Shown piece after piece: positions 16,250-25,221 of a DNA stretch of 64,000 nucleotides (position 1 is the first letter of the stretch; every line of letters starts with the position of its first letter). The notes under the pieces were generated by a model. It made no database searches. It saw nothing but the letters and a program-made list of their open reading frames with translations, and had not been told where the DNA came from. The stretch covers positions 5,407-69,406 of the forward strand of contig CAYRXT010000007.1 in assembly GCA_964428315.1 (NCBI GenBank), in the 5' to 3' direction. The position numbers were made by a program, and so were the translations under genes. This stretch comes from an uncultured Planctomycetales bacterium (lineage in GTDB: Bacteria; Omnitrophota; Gorgyraeia; Zapsychrales; CAYRXT01).

Positions 16250-16642
16250 TTAGCGGACATGCTTCTTGATCGCCTCCGCCTCCTCCCGGGATATCACGCC
16301 GTCATCGTTGTCATCGTACTCCTTGAGGATATCGGAATGGACCGCAATGCCGCCTCGTCCATCGATATCGTCAACCACGTCGCGCAAAAATATCTTCGTC
16401 TCGGCGAGCTGAAGGTAACCGTCGCGGTTGACGTCATAGCGCCGCTCGTCGCTGTTGTTTACCATGGGAAGCGTCGACACCCACTGGGGCAACTCCTTCT
16501 TCATTTCTTCCTTCTTTTCCTTATTGGCCCGTTCCAGCGCCCGGCGGCGCCGGTTCCAGTCGATAAGCTGGGCGTGCGCCTGGCATGTCGATAAAAAGAA
16601 GACGGCCGTCATGACAATAAGAGAACCTGTTTTTTTAATCAT
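16250..16642 (-). CDS. Secreted two-EF-hand calcium-binding protein.
   Basis: Signal peptide MIKKTGSLIVMTAVFFLSTCQAHA. Two canonical DxNxDGxIxxxE loops: DVNRDGYLQLAE and DDNDDGVISREE. The preferred start is 16642; the track extends to 16705. Confidence 0.6.
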   Translation of the reverse strand: MIKKTGSLIVMTAVFFLSTCQAHAQLIDWNRRRRALERANKEKKEEMKKELPQWVSTLPMVNNSDERRYDVNRDGYLQLAETKIFLRDVVDDIDGRGGIAVHSDILKEYDDNDDGVISREEAEAIKKHVR

Positions 16643-16701
16643 CGGCTCCTCCTTATTCCGGTTCCAATTATTAAAAGTATATACTCTTTGGATGCCACAT
16701 G

Positions 16702-17430
16702 TCAATTGCCATCAGACAGCATTTCTTCCTCGCGCCGGATCCGGCTTCTGTCAAGCCCGTCCTTTTCGTCCGCAGTGAGTTCGTCGGCCCATATCAACGG
16801 CGTGAAGACGGAAGCGACGGCCTTTTTGACGCTCCCGGCACACAGAGGAAGGTTACCCAGAAAATCTCGGTGCGCACGCCCGCGACGGTAATCGGGGATA
16901 TCTTCCGGAACGGCAAGATAACGTTCGATCTTCTCCAGATCGAAATTGTACAGAACCGTGCCGTGGTGCAGGATATAACGGCGTCCGCGTTTCTGCGCGT
17001 TGCCGGATATCTTGCGTTCGTCCGGCCCCATCGCCAGATCACAGACGGGACGGAAAAAAACCTCGCGGCCGGCCGCCTTCCCCAAGACCGACAACTTTTC
17101 AAGGATGTACCGGTAGGATCGCCTGATATCATGCAGGGCGGGATGGCGCGCCTTGTCCAGTATCAGAGTGTAATTCAAGCATCCTCTTCCCTGTAGCACT
17201 GTCCCGCCGCCTGAACACCGGCGCAAAACCGGGATCCCGTCCCTCCCTGCCTCCTCCATGCGCACATCCCTGCGCGCATCGGCGATACGGCCGAGCACAA
17301 TAAAAGGCTTCTGTGATTCCCAAAACCGCAAGGCCTCTCCTCCCTTACCCTGCTCGGCCATATTCAAAAGGACTTCATCAAAATGGATATTGTCCGCAGG
17401 CGAAGAAAAGGAGATATCTTTTGCGATCAT
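16702..17430 (-). CDS. Lipoate-protein ligase / octanoyltransferase family protein (BPL/LPL catalytic domain), last gene of the gcv operon.
   Basis: …RRCSGGGTVLQGRGCLNYTLIL…KISGNAQKRGRRYILHHGTVLYN. The homologous start is MIAKDISF at 17430; the track ORF runs on to 17784, overlapping the gcvPB 3' end. Confidence 0.7.
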   Translation of the reverse strand: MIAKDISFSSPADNIHFDEVLLNMAEQGKGGEALRFWESQKPFIVLGRIADARRDVRMEEAGRDGIPVLRRCSGGGTVLQGRGCLNYTLILDKARHPALHDIRRSYRYILEKLSVLGKAAGREVFFRPVCDLAMGPDERKISGNAQKRGRRYILHHGTVLYNFDLEKIERYLAVPEDIPDYRRGRAHRDFLGNLPLCAGSVKKAVASVFTPLIWADELTADEKDGLDRSRIRREEEMLSDGN

Positions 17431-17459
17431 GGATAGCCGCCTTATCCGCGCTTTTGACG

Positions 17460-18908
17460 CTATTGAAAAAAATTGCAGTTGAGTTCTCTCGCGGCCCTGA
17501 CCTCGTCGGGTCTGTAGACGGGCGTGGTCATTGGCTTTTTCTGAAAATAGGCGGGATCCGCCTCGGTCTTCCGGGCGGCCTCGATCATGGCGTCGATAAA
17601 AGAGTCCATGGTCTCTTTGGATTCCGTCTCCGTCGGTTCGATCATGATGGCCTCCTTGACGATCAGGGGGAAATAGACCGTCGGCGGATGCATATTGCCG
17701 TCGATGAGGAACTTGGCGATATCCTGGGCGTGGACTCCCGATTTGGCCTGCCGGGAAGCCGAAAGAACGCACTCGTGCATGCACCGACGGTCAAAGGCGG
17801 GGGGGAAATCTTGTTTCAGTTTGGCCAATATATAATTCGCATTCAGGACGGCATGACCGGCGGTATCGCACAGCCCTTCTTTGCCCAAGAGCAGGATGTA
17901 GGCGAAGGCCCTGAGGATGACGCCGAAATTGCCGTAAAAAGAGGCGATGTAACCGACCGACTGTGGATAATCATAATTCAGGTAATACGTCCCGTCATCC
18001 CTTTTAACGACGCGCGAAACGGGCAGGAAAGGAGATAGGTTTTTTTTAACGCCCACCGGGCCGGCGCCCGGGCCACCCCCCCCGTGCGGGGTGGCGAAGG
18101 TCTTATGCAGATTGACGTGGACGATATCGAAACCGATATCCCCCGGACGGCACCGTCCCAGGATAGCATTGAGATTGGCCCCGTCGTAATACATCAGACC
18201 GTCAACGTCATGCACCGCCCGGGCAACGAGATCGATCTCGGAATTAAAGATACCGAGGGTGTTCGGACAGGTGAGCATCACTCCGGCCAGTTCGCCGGTG
18301 ATCTTTTCTTTCAAACGGGAAAGATCCATGACACCGCGATCATCGGTCGGCACGCAAACGATATCATAGCCCGCGATCGCCGCCGAGGCGGGGTTCGTGC
18401 CGTGCGCCGAATCAGGCACGATGATGAATTTCTTCCTGTTATTTTTCGATTGGTGGTAGGCCGCCATCAGCATCACGCCGGTCAGTTCCCCGTGGGCGCC
18501 GGCCAGAGGCTGCATCGTGAAATCGTCCATGCCGCAGATCTCGCAAAGCAGACGGTCCATGGCATAGAGAACCTCCAGGGCGCCCTGGGTGAATCTTTCT
18601 CCCGACTTCAGCTGGGGCAGCAACGGGTGCAGGTCGCAAAAACCCGTCATCGCCGCGGCCTTTTCGGCCATGCGCGGGTTGTATTTCATTGTGCATGAGC
18701 CCAGCGGGTAAAACTGGGTGTCCACCGAATAGTTAAGCTGGGATAAACGGGTGAAATGGCGTACGGCATCAAGTTCCGTCAACCTCGGCCAGCGGCAGGC
18801 TTCTTGACGTTCCAGATCCTTGGGAACCTTCGCCCGGACCGGCACATCGGATTTCGGCAGTTTTAAACCCCGTCGCAGCGGGGTGTCTTGTTCGAATATT
18901 AATTGCAT
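17460..18908 (-). CDS. gcvPB: Glycine dehydrogenase (decarboxylating) subunit 2.
   Basis: Full-length GcvPB similarity (…SCTMKYNP…HVNLHKTFATPHGGGGPG…). Confidence 0.9.
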   Translation of the reverse strand: MQLIFEQDTPLRRGLKLPKSDVPVRAKVPKDLERQEACRWPRLTELDAVRHFTRLSQLNYSVDTQFYPLGSCTMKYNPRMAEKAAAMTGFCDLHPLLPQLKSGERFTQGALEVLYAMDRLLCEICGMDDFTMQPLAGAHGELTGVMLMAAYHQSKNNRKKFIIVPDSAHGTNPASAAIAGYDIVCVPTDDRGVMDLSRLKEKITGELAGVMLTCPNTLGIFNSEIDLVARAVHDVDGLMYYDGANLNAILGRCRPGDIGFDIVHVNLHKTFATPHGGGGPGAGPVGVKKNLSPFLPVSRVVKRDDGTYYLNYDYPQSVGYIASFYGNFGVILRAFAYILLLGKEGLCDTAGHAVLNANYILAKLKQDFPPAFDRRCMHECVLSASRQAKSGVHAQDIAKFLIDGNMHPPTVYFPLIVKEAIMIEPTETESKETMDSFIDAMIEAARKTEADPAYFQKKPMTTPVYRPDEVRAARELNCNFFQ

Positions 18909-19035
18909 TGTTAGTATACTCTGCGTTTTAAGTCTTCAGTGTTGAGTGATAAATTATGAATGGCGCCAAACCGTCATCTTCTTTCTTTGCTCCTTGACTC
19001 TTGTTCACTTAACACTCGACATCTGACACTGACAG

Positions 19036-20382
19036 TTAACACGTCTTCTGCAAGACTTCTCTCAAACATCCCGCGTACCCGTCGATCTCTTCTTTCGTAC
19101 GTTTTTCCGTCACGGCGACCAGGAGATACCGTTCCATTCCCTTATAATAACGGCCCAGGGGAAAGCCCGCCGCAAATCCCTTGTCGATCATGGCCTCGGC
19201 CACGCGCGAGGCGTCCGCGGGCAGGGACAGAGTGAACTCGTTGAACGTCGGGGAACTGCGTTTGACTTCCACGCCCTCGATCTTCTCGATGATCTGCCGG
19301 GCATATTCGGCCTTGTCGAGATTCAACTGGGCGAGCTCCCTTAATCCGTCCTGCCCGATAAGGGACATGAACATGAGCGAACGAATGGCGCACAGAGAGA
19401 CATTGGTACAGATATTGGACGTGGCCTTTTCGCGACGGATATGCTGTTCTCTCGCCTGGAGGGTGTTCACAAAACACTGCCGTCCGAGCCGGTCAACGGT
19501 CTTCCCGACGATACGGCCAGGCATCTTGCGGACAAATTTTTCCCGGGACGCCATGAGTCCGAGATACGGACCCCCGAAACTGAGCGAAAGGCCCAGGCTC
19601 TGCCCCTCTCCGGTAACGATATCCGCGCCCATCTCGCCCGGCGTCTTAATCAACCCGAGGGATACAGGATATACGCTCATGATCGCCAGGATCCCCAGGC
19701 TATGGGCCCTGGCGATGATGTCGCTGTGATCGTCGATCACGCCGAAAAAGTTCGGATTCTGCAGGATGACGGCGGCCGTCTTTTCATCCATTTGTTCATA
19801 CAGCCGTTCCCGGTCGCAACGGCCGTGGACGACCTCCGTTTCGGCAAATTGGATCTTGAGATTGCTCGTGTAGGTCTTGAGGATCTTCCGGTAGATGGGG
19901 CTGACACCCCCGTCCATGAGGACCGAGTCTCTGCCGGTCAGCCGGATTGCCATCATCATGGCTTCATAAAGCGCCGCGCCTCCGTCGTAAAGGGACGCGT
20001 TGGCGACCTCCATGCCGGTCAGCGTGCATATCGCGCTTTGATATTCATAGAGGGCCTGGAGGGTGCCCTGGGCACATTCAGGCTGATAAGGTGTATAGGC
20101 TGTGAGGTATTCTCCCCGGGCGATCAGGGCCTCGACGGCTGCGGGGACGTAATGGTCGTAATAGCCGCCTCCTATAAACAGCTTAAGACGGGAGGCGTTT
20201 TTCCCGGCGAGCGCGCGCAGTCGTTCCAGGACCTCGAATTCGCTCAATCCCTCAGGAAGCGCGAAGGACCGCGGTTTGTGCCGGTCAAGGATATCGGCGA
20301 AAAGGTCATCGACAGTCCTGGCGCCGATGACATCAAGCATCTCTTGAATGTCCTGGGGAGTATTGGCTATGTAAGGATTCAA
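19036..20382 (-). CDS. gcvPA: Glycine dehydrogenase (decarboxylating) subunit 1.
   Basis: Full-length GcvPA similarity (MNPYIANTPQDIQEMLDVIG…). Confidence 0.9.
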   Translation of the reverse strand: MNPYIANTPQDIQEMLDVIGARTVDDLFADILDRHKPRSFALPEGLSEFEVLERLRALAGKNASRLKLFIGGGYYDHYVPAAVEALIARGEYLTAYTPYQPECAQGTLQALYEYQSAICTLTGMEVANASLYDGGAALYEAMMMAIRLTGRDSVLMDGGVSPIYRKILKTYTSNLKIQFAETEVVHGRCDRERLYEQMDEKTAAVILQNPNFFGVIDDHSDIIARAHSLGILAIMSVYPVSLGLIKTPGEMGADIVTGEGQSLGLSLSFGGPYLGLMASREKFVRKMPGRIVGKTVDRLGRQCFVNTLQAREQHIRREKATSNICTNVSLCAIRSLMFMSLIGQDGLRELAQLNLDKAEYARQIIEKIEGVEVKRSSPTFNEFTLSLPADASRVAEAMIDKGFAAGFPLGRYYKGMERYLLVAVTEKRTKEEIDGYAGCLREVLQKTC

Positions 20383-20425
20383 TCCGAGTTCCTGTTATTC
20401 TGATAGGAATGGAAAAAGGCGGCGC

Positions 20426-20839
20426 TTATTCGTCCTCCGGATTTTTATCTCCGGAATCAAGGCTTTCGAGAAAACGCTCGTACTCTTCGGAGGTCATCAG
20501 GCTGGACCGCTCCTCCAAATCGTCGACTTCAAGCTTGGCGATCCATCCGTTATCGTAGGGTGACTGATTGATCAGTTCCGGCGAAGTCTCCAGATCCCCG
20601 TTGATCTCGGTGATCTTGCCGGATAAAGGCGAGTAGATGTCGCTGGCCGCTTTAACCGATTCAACGGAAGCGATCTGTTCGAACTGATCCAGCTCCGTTC
20701 CTGGAGACGGGAGATCGATGTACGTGATATCGCCGAGCGACTGCTGGGCGTAGTCCGTTATGCCTATGGTCGCTTTGTTCCCTTCCACGCGGACCCATTC
20801 GTGTTCCTTGGTGTAAAGTAAATCGCCTAATACTTCCAT
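20426..20839 (-). CDS. gcvH: Glycine cleavage system H protein.
   Basis: Lipoyl-lysine motif VESVKAASD. Start ATG 20839 has an AAGGAG RBS 7 nt upstream; the track start at 20872 is less likely. Confidence 0.85.
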   Translation of the reverse strand: MEVLGDLLYTKEHEWVRVEGNKATIGITDYAQQSLGDITYIDLPSPGTELDQFEQIASVESVKAASDIYSPLSGKITEINGDLETSPELINQSPYDNGWIAKLEVDDLEERSSLMTSEEYERFLESLDSGDKNPEDE

Positions 20840-20950
20840 GCTGACTCCTTGCGGTGCTTTTTTCACAAACATGCCTGCCGCTCATTGACCGGCATTAAAC
20901 CTTAGAGTTCAAATCCCTGCAGATTACTTTAATCAAAATCATTCCATTCG

Positions 20951-22054
20951 TCAATATCTCAATGAACCTTTTGAATAAACCGGCCGCTTCACAATCTCGG
21001 CCGCAACGGTCCTTTCGGGTGTTCCGAAATAGAACGTCTTCTTTTGTGCCGTATAATCTTTCCGGATACGACCCAGCCCCATCCCCCGTCTGCTGTGGGG
21101 AGAAAATCCGCCGCTGGTGACCACCCCGACAACCCGTTTTTCCTCATCCAGAAGATTCTGCCCGTGTCGCGGAGACTGGCGTGTACGCGAAATAAAACAA
21201 ACAGAACGATAAGGCACGCCGTTCTGCTTTTGTCTCACCAGGGCGTCCCTGCCGAGCACGTCTTTTTCAAGGTCCACAAACTTGGAAAGACCTGTCTCAA
21301 AAGGCGTCGTTGTTTCATCCATATCGTTCCCGTAAAGCGGATAACCCATTTCCAGACGAAGGGCGTCCCGGGCGCCCAGCCCGGCGGGTTCGACCGGATC
21401 CAACCTCAGGCAGTCGTTCCAAAGTCGGTCGACGCATTGAGAGGAACAAAAAAGCTCATACCCCAGCTCGCCGGTATACCCCGTCCGGCTGACGAGAATT
21501 TTTTCACCCCTATATTCAAAGTCATCAAACGTATAATAACCCAGTTTCCCGATCCCGGGCATCAAGCGTTCCAGCACCGAGCGCGCCAGCGGCCCCTGGA
21601 GGTCGATCTTGCCCAGCCGGCCTGTCGCATTCTCCAGCGCCGAAGGATTCGCAAGATTCCTGCGGAGATGTGCTTCGTCCTTCTCGATTGTCCCCCCGTT
21701 GGCTACGATCAACCATTCCTCGTGATCCCGCCGAAAAACAATGCAATCGTCGACGACACCTCCCTGTTCGTTAAGCATCATGCCGTATCGGCATGTCTTC
21801 AAAGGCATATCGTTGAGCCGGCAGGTCACGACCCGGTCAAGTCCGCTGCCCCCGGAATCCCCCCTGACGATGAACTCGCTCATATGGCAGGTATCGAAAA
21901 GTGAGGCGCAACGCCTTGTATGGTCATATTCGGCGATGATGCCCCTGTATTGCACAGGCATAAGCCAACCGCCGAAAGCGATCATACGCGCCCCCAGTGC
22001 TAGGTGCTGGTCATAAAGCGGCGTCTTCCTCAATTGTGCGGCTGTCTTTGTCAT
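20951..22054 (-). CDS. gcvT: Aminomethyltransferase (glycine cleavage T protein).
   Basis: GcvT similarity throughout. ATG 22054 is preferred over the TTG at 22066. Confidence 0.9.
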   Translation of the reverse strand: MTKTAAQLRKTPLYDQHLALGARMIAFGGWLMPVQYRGIIAEYDHTRRCASLFDTCHMSEFIVRGDSGGSGLDRVVTCRLNDMPLKTCRYGMMLNEQGGVVDDCIVFRRDHEEWLIVANGGTIEKDEAHLRRNLANPSALENATGRLGKIDLQGPLARSVLERLMPGIGKLGYYTFDDFEYRGEKILVSRTGYTGELGYELFCSSQCVDRLWNDCLRLDPVEPAGLGARDALRLEMGYPLYGNDMDETTTPFETGLSKFVDLEKDVLGRDALVRQKQNGVPYRSVCFISRTRQSPRHGQNLLDEEKRVVGVVTSGGFSPHSRRGMGLGRIRKDYTAQKKTFYFGTPERTVAAEIVKRPVYSKGSLRY

Positions 22055-22096
22055 TCGTGCAGTCAACTCCTGATCGTTTCGGCCATATATTATATA

Positions 22097-22125
22097 AAGC
22101 CTCCTGTGTTGTAAAGCAAATTATC
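22097..22125 (-). promoter_or_regulatory. Sigma70-type promoter of the gcv operon.
   Basis: Minus-strand TTTACA-17 nt-TAATAT, about 40 nt upstream of gcvT. Confidence 0.5.
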
Positions 22126-22146
22126 GCAAAGAAGCTCTCTTTTGGA

Positions 22147-24294
22147 TTATTCTTGCGGCCGGGGCAATTGCACCCGGTAAAAGTGTTCGTTGTCCGCCCT
22201 CCCCGTGCGATAAACCGTCACAAAATAATAGCCCGTGTCCAGTTTCAAAGGCGGTTCAAAGACAAATTGCACCCGGCCTCCTTTTGCCTCCGGAGACAGG
22301 GATGCGCTTTCAAGCGGCAGGGAGCGGTAATGGTCTCCGGCGGGAGTCCAGGCCGGGTCTTCGGCCGTGGCGTTGAAGACGTAGGCGACAAGAGAATCTT
22401 GGGGTTGACCGACTTTGGCGATATGCAAGGGGACGGAATAAAGACGGCGCCCCTCCTTCAGCGGAAGTAAATTGCCCCGGTAAAGATAACGCCGATGGAT
22501 GGTGCCGATATTCCTGAGGCCTTCCCTCGCAGGTTTCAGCATCTCTTCGCCTGGGGCATTGGCATGGCGGTCCGCGAAGAGCTTCCGGGCATCCAGGACA
22601 TGAACCTTCGTCCCATCCGGCGATTCATGGTCAAACTGGCCGAGGATAAGCTTCCGGTAGGAAAGGATCTCTTCCTCATGCATCCAGTAACGGCTCGAGA
22701 CGAGGGTCTTGAAAGAGGCCCGCGCGTAACCGCCTATTAAATTGTCGGCGACAAGCGCGTTGAGATAAACGTCTTCGTCAAAAGGCGCATAATCACTTGT
22801 GGCGGCAATATAAATCGAATTGCCTGAAACCGGCGGCAACAGAATGTGGCCGTCCCTCACCTCATAGACATGGCGGATGGTCTTGAACCTAATGCCTTCC
22901 GACGTCTTCGGATTAAGATATTGCGTGAAATAGGTCTTGTGGGGATGATTCGTGTGCACATAAAGCGTGTCGATACCTCTCTCTTCCAGAAAACGCGAGA
23001 GATAGGTCGTGGCCATCCGGCAGGGCATAATGTCCGTGAGAAAGATGAAAAGATTGCCGGCGCCATGGACCATGATGAAAAAGACAAGCAGGCCGATAAA
23101 AACGCGACGCGTCCATTGAGAGAGAGCCGCTCCATACTCCCGGCCGAAGTCATGCAGACCATACGCGATCAGAAGTATCATCCCAACAAGCGAAGGGAAA
23201 TAATTTCCGCCGTACTGGGCGACCTGCCGCAGTTCGGCCAGCAGGGGCGGCGAAAGGCTCAGGAGAATCATTCCCGCGGTGATCAGGCCCTGGACCGTTT
23301 TCCATTGGAAACGTTTCAGGGTTTTGATGATAAGATAAAAAAACGCCAGTCCATAAAGGGGAAAAACGACGGGCGTGATCAATCGAAAGTAGCGGATAAT
23401 CCATAATGCGCCCCCGCGCGCCCGAGAAGGGGTCTCCAGCCATTCCTGGAGCACGGGCTGATTGTAATAGAAGTGATTATAACGGCTGCTGATTTCGATA
23501 TATTCAAAAAAGCGGCGGATGTTTGAACCGATATCCGGATAGGTCAGATAAACCACCGGAATAACCGCACCCGCCAGGACGCATACCATGCCCCCTGCGG
23601 CCCTGCCGGCCAAGACTGAAATTCTCTTTTGGTCGGCCGAGCCTGCGTAGACGCTGATTCCGAAGGCCGCCACCCACAGCGGAATATAAAGCGCCGAGAC
23701 CGTGGAAGAAAACAACGCGCCGCCCAGGGCTAAACCGGAAAGAAAACAGAATAAAGCAAAGGGCCACGGCTTCTGCCCGGGGGTGCCCGCCCTTTGGGTC
23801 AGATAAACAGCCGCCAAAGACAGGAATAGCCCGAGCGGCTGATGTTTGGCAAACAATATATAGAGGTAGGGCCAAAAGGAAAAGGCAAAAAGACTAAAAC
23901 TGACCCATCCGATGAGCCTGCCCCAGTACCGGCTTGTGATCAAAAAGACGAGAACAGCTGACAAGGCCGTCGATATCAGGTCAAGGAGCAGGAACGGCCG
24001 CAGGGTCCTCGTGTCATGGATCAACCTCTGCATCCATGACGCAAAGAGAATGAACATTTCCTTGCCGTGCAGCCACCGGACCTTGTCCTGATCGAGCAGA
24101 GAATGCATCTCGGAGACATAACGGAAAGAGGGCAAACGCACCGCGACGTCAAAGAGGTAGACCTTCGTGTCGGTCGGCCAGAAATTGATATCCCAGGACG
24201 CCATCCCGATTAGGATGACTATCAGAAAGGATATGACCGCAATAATCATAAGATCTTGCTGAAAGACGGGACAAGGGGATGACGTCTTGCGCAT
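22147..24294 (-). CDS. Large polytopic membrane protein of GT-C glycosyltransferase architecture (ArnT/PMT/GT39-83-like), with a ~300-aa C-terminal periplasmic domain.
   Basis: About 12 predicted TM helices in the first 470 aa, then a soluble C-terminal domain. The track start at 24510 overlaps the tRNA-Arg, so the start is trimmed to ATG 24294 (MRKTSS…); ATG 24249 is an alternative. Confidence 0.45.
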   Translation of the reverse strand: MRKTSSPCPVFQQDLMIIAVISFLIVILIGMASWDINFWPTDTKVYLFDVAVRLPSFRYVSEMHSLLDQDKVRWLHGKEMFILFASWMQRLIHDTRTLRPFLLLDLISTALSAVLVFLITSRYWGRLIGWVSFSLFAFSFWPYLYILFAKHQPLGLFLSLAAVYLTQRAGTPGQKPWPFALFCFLSGLALGGALFSSTVSALYIPLWVAAFGISVYAGSADQKRISVLAGRAAGGMVCVLAGAVIPVVYLTYPDIGSNIRRFFEYIEISSRYNHFYYNQPVLQEWLETPSRARGGALWIIRYFRLITPVVFPLYGLAFFYLIIKTLKRFQWKTVQGLITAGMILLSLSPPLLAELRQVAQYGGNYFPSLVGMILLIAYGLHDFGREYGAALSQWTRRVFIGLLVFFIMVHGAGNLFIFLTDIMPCRMATTYLSRFLEERGIDTLYVHTNHPHKTYFTQYLNPKTSEGIRFKTIRHVYEVRDGHILLPPVSGNSIYIAATSDYAPFDEDVYLNALVADNLIGGYARASFKTLVSSRYWMHEEEILSYRKLILGQFDHESPDGTKVHVLDARKLFADRHANAPGEEMLKPAREGLRNIGTIHRRYLYRGNLLPLKEGRRLYSVPLHIAKVGQPQDSLVAYVFNATAEDPAWTPAGDHYRSLPLESASLSPEAKGGRVQFVFEPPLKLDTGYYFVTVYRTGRADNEHFYRVQLPRPQE

Positions 24295-24451
24295 AGCCGT
24301 TTGCGTGTGCCGTTTTGCCCGGTCCGGGAGGCCTCGCCCCCAGCACTTTTTTATGTCAAGAAATGTCAAAAGGCTTCCTTGATTGTGGCCGGGATTTCGC
24401 CTCTCCAGTTCTTTTTTAAGCCGGACGGCAGGATCCGTCCGCGGTGAACTG

Positions 24452-24525
24452 CCCGCCCGGCACGACTCGAACGTGCAACACCTAGGTCCGAAGCCTAGTG
24501 CTCTATCCAATTGAGCTACGGGCGG
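24452..24525 (-). tRNA. tRNA-Arg (anticodon TCG).
   Basis: Cloverleaf read by eye: acceptor CCGCCCG/CGGGCGG, D-arm GCTC-AATTGGATA-GAGC, anticodon arm CTAGG-CTTCGGA-CCTAG (U33, anticodon UCG, G37), variable loop GTGTT, T-arm GCACG-TTCGAGT-CGTGC, discriminator G. CCA is not encoded. Confidence 0.7.
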
Positions 24526-24834
24526 TCAAATTCAATCTGACATGAGATTATTCTTATCGGGCCGACAAAAATCGTAACAGGCCGGCCCGGGCTATCCCCA
24601 TGATCTGCGGACGGTTTGATATCCAAAATCGAACGTCCGCTGGTCAGCTGTCCCGCCGCGCCGCTTTCGGAGGCGCACCGGAACCCCGCAAAGATTATAA
24701 CAACAGCACCTTATTTATCAAGCGCCGACTTGAGGCTGTTTCAGCCTTTTTCAGATAAACTCATAAAAGCAGTTGTCCATACAGGCGTCTTTGTTTACAA
24801 TAATTTTAATACCAGAAAAACAGGAGGATTGATT

Positions 24835-25176
24835 ATGGCGTTTAATGAAGTCATGGCCAAAATCCGTTACATGGATAACAAGATGGCCAAATGGATGCTG
24901 CGGCATTTTTACATTCTCTTTTTTGAGATCTTTCTTGTCTTTATCTTTTTTCTTCTATTCGTCAACACCCTCAAAGTCATTGATGTCTTTTCCGCCGCGA
25001 CTCACGGGTCGGTCGTCGAGAAGCTTCTGCTGACAATCAGTTTCAGCTGTCTGCTTCTCGTGCTTCTCTTTATAATGAACTCATTCTGGATGCTTTTTGT
25101 CTTCAATTCGATCCTGCGCATGCGGTCTCTCATGCGTGAAATGAATTTCAATATCCTTAAACGCCGGAAGGCGTGA
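24835..25176 (+). CDS. Small two-TM membrane protein, one of the few plus-strand genes, convergent with ftsA.
   Basis: AGGAGG 8 nt upstream of ATG 24835. 113 aa with two hydrophobic helices. An AT-rich putative promoter lies upstream. Confidence 0.5.
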   Translation: MAFNEVMAKIRYMDNKMAKWMLRHFYILFFEIFLVFIFFLLFVNTLKVIDVFSAATHGSVVEKLLLTISFSCLLLVLLFIMNSFWMLFVFNSILRMRSLMREMNFNILKRRKA

Positions 25177-25221
25177 GGGCCCGGCGCGATCAATGCCTGG
25201 CGTCCCTCCCGGTGAACGTCC

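Noticed and set aside
17431-17784. N-terminal extension of the lipoate ligase ORF
   Set aside because: It overlaps the gcvPB 3' end and is low-complexity (RQGGHHDRTDGDG…). The conserved start MIAKDISF is at 17430.
19441-20403. 320-aa plus-strand ORF
   Set aside because: Antisense to gcvPA.
22067-22146. Glycine riboswitch upstream of gcvT
   Set aside because: Only about 80 nt separate gcvT from the upstream gene's stop, and the putative promoter leaves a ~40-nt leader, too short for even a single glycine aptamer. No GGAGAG…CACCG core was seen.
24295-24510. Track start of the GT-C membrane protein at 24510
   Set aside because: It would overlap the tRNA-Arg gene (24452-24525) on the same strand, so the start was moved to ATG 24294.
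24400-24600. Genomic island integrated at tRNA-Arg
   Set aside because: There is no integrase or phage gene and no direct repeat of the tRNA 3' end nearby. The flanking genes (GT-C, gcv operon) look like ordinary chromosomal content.
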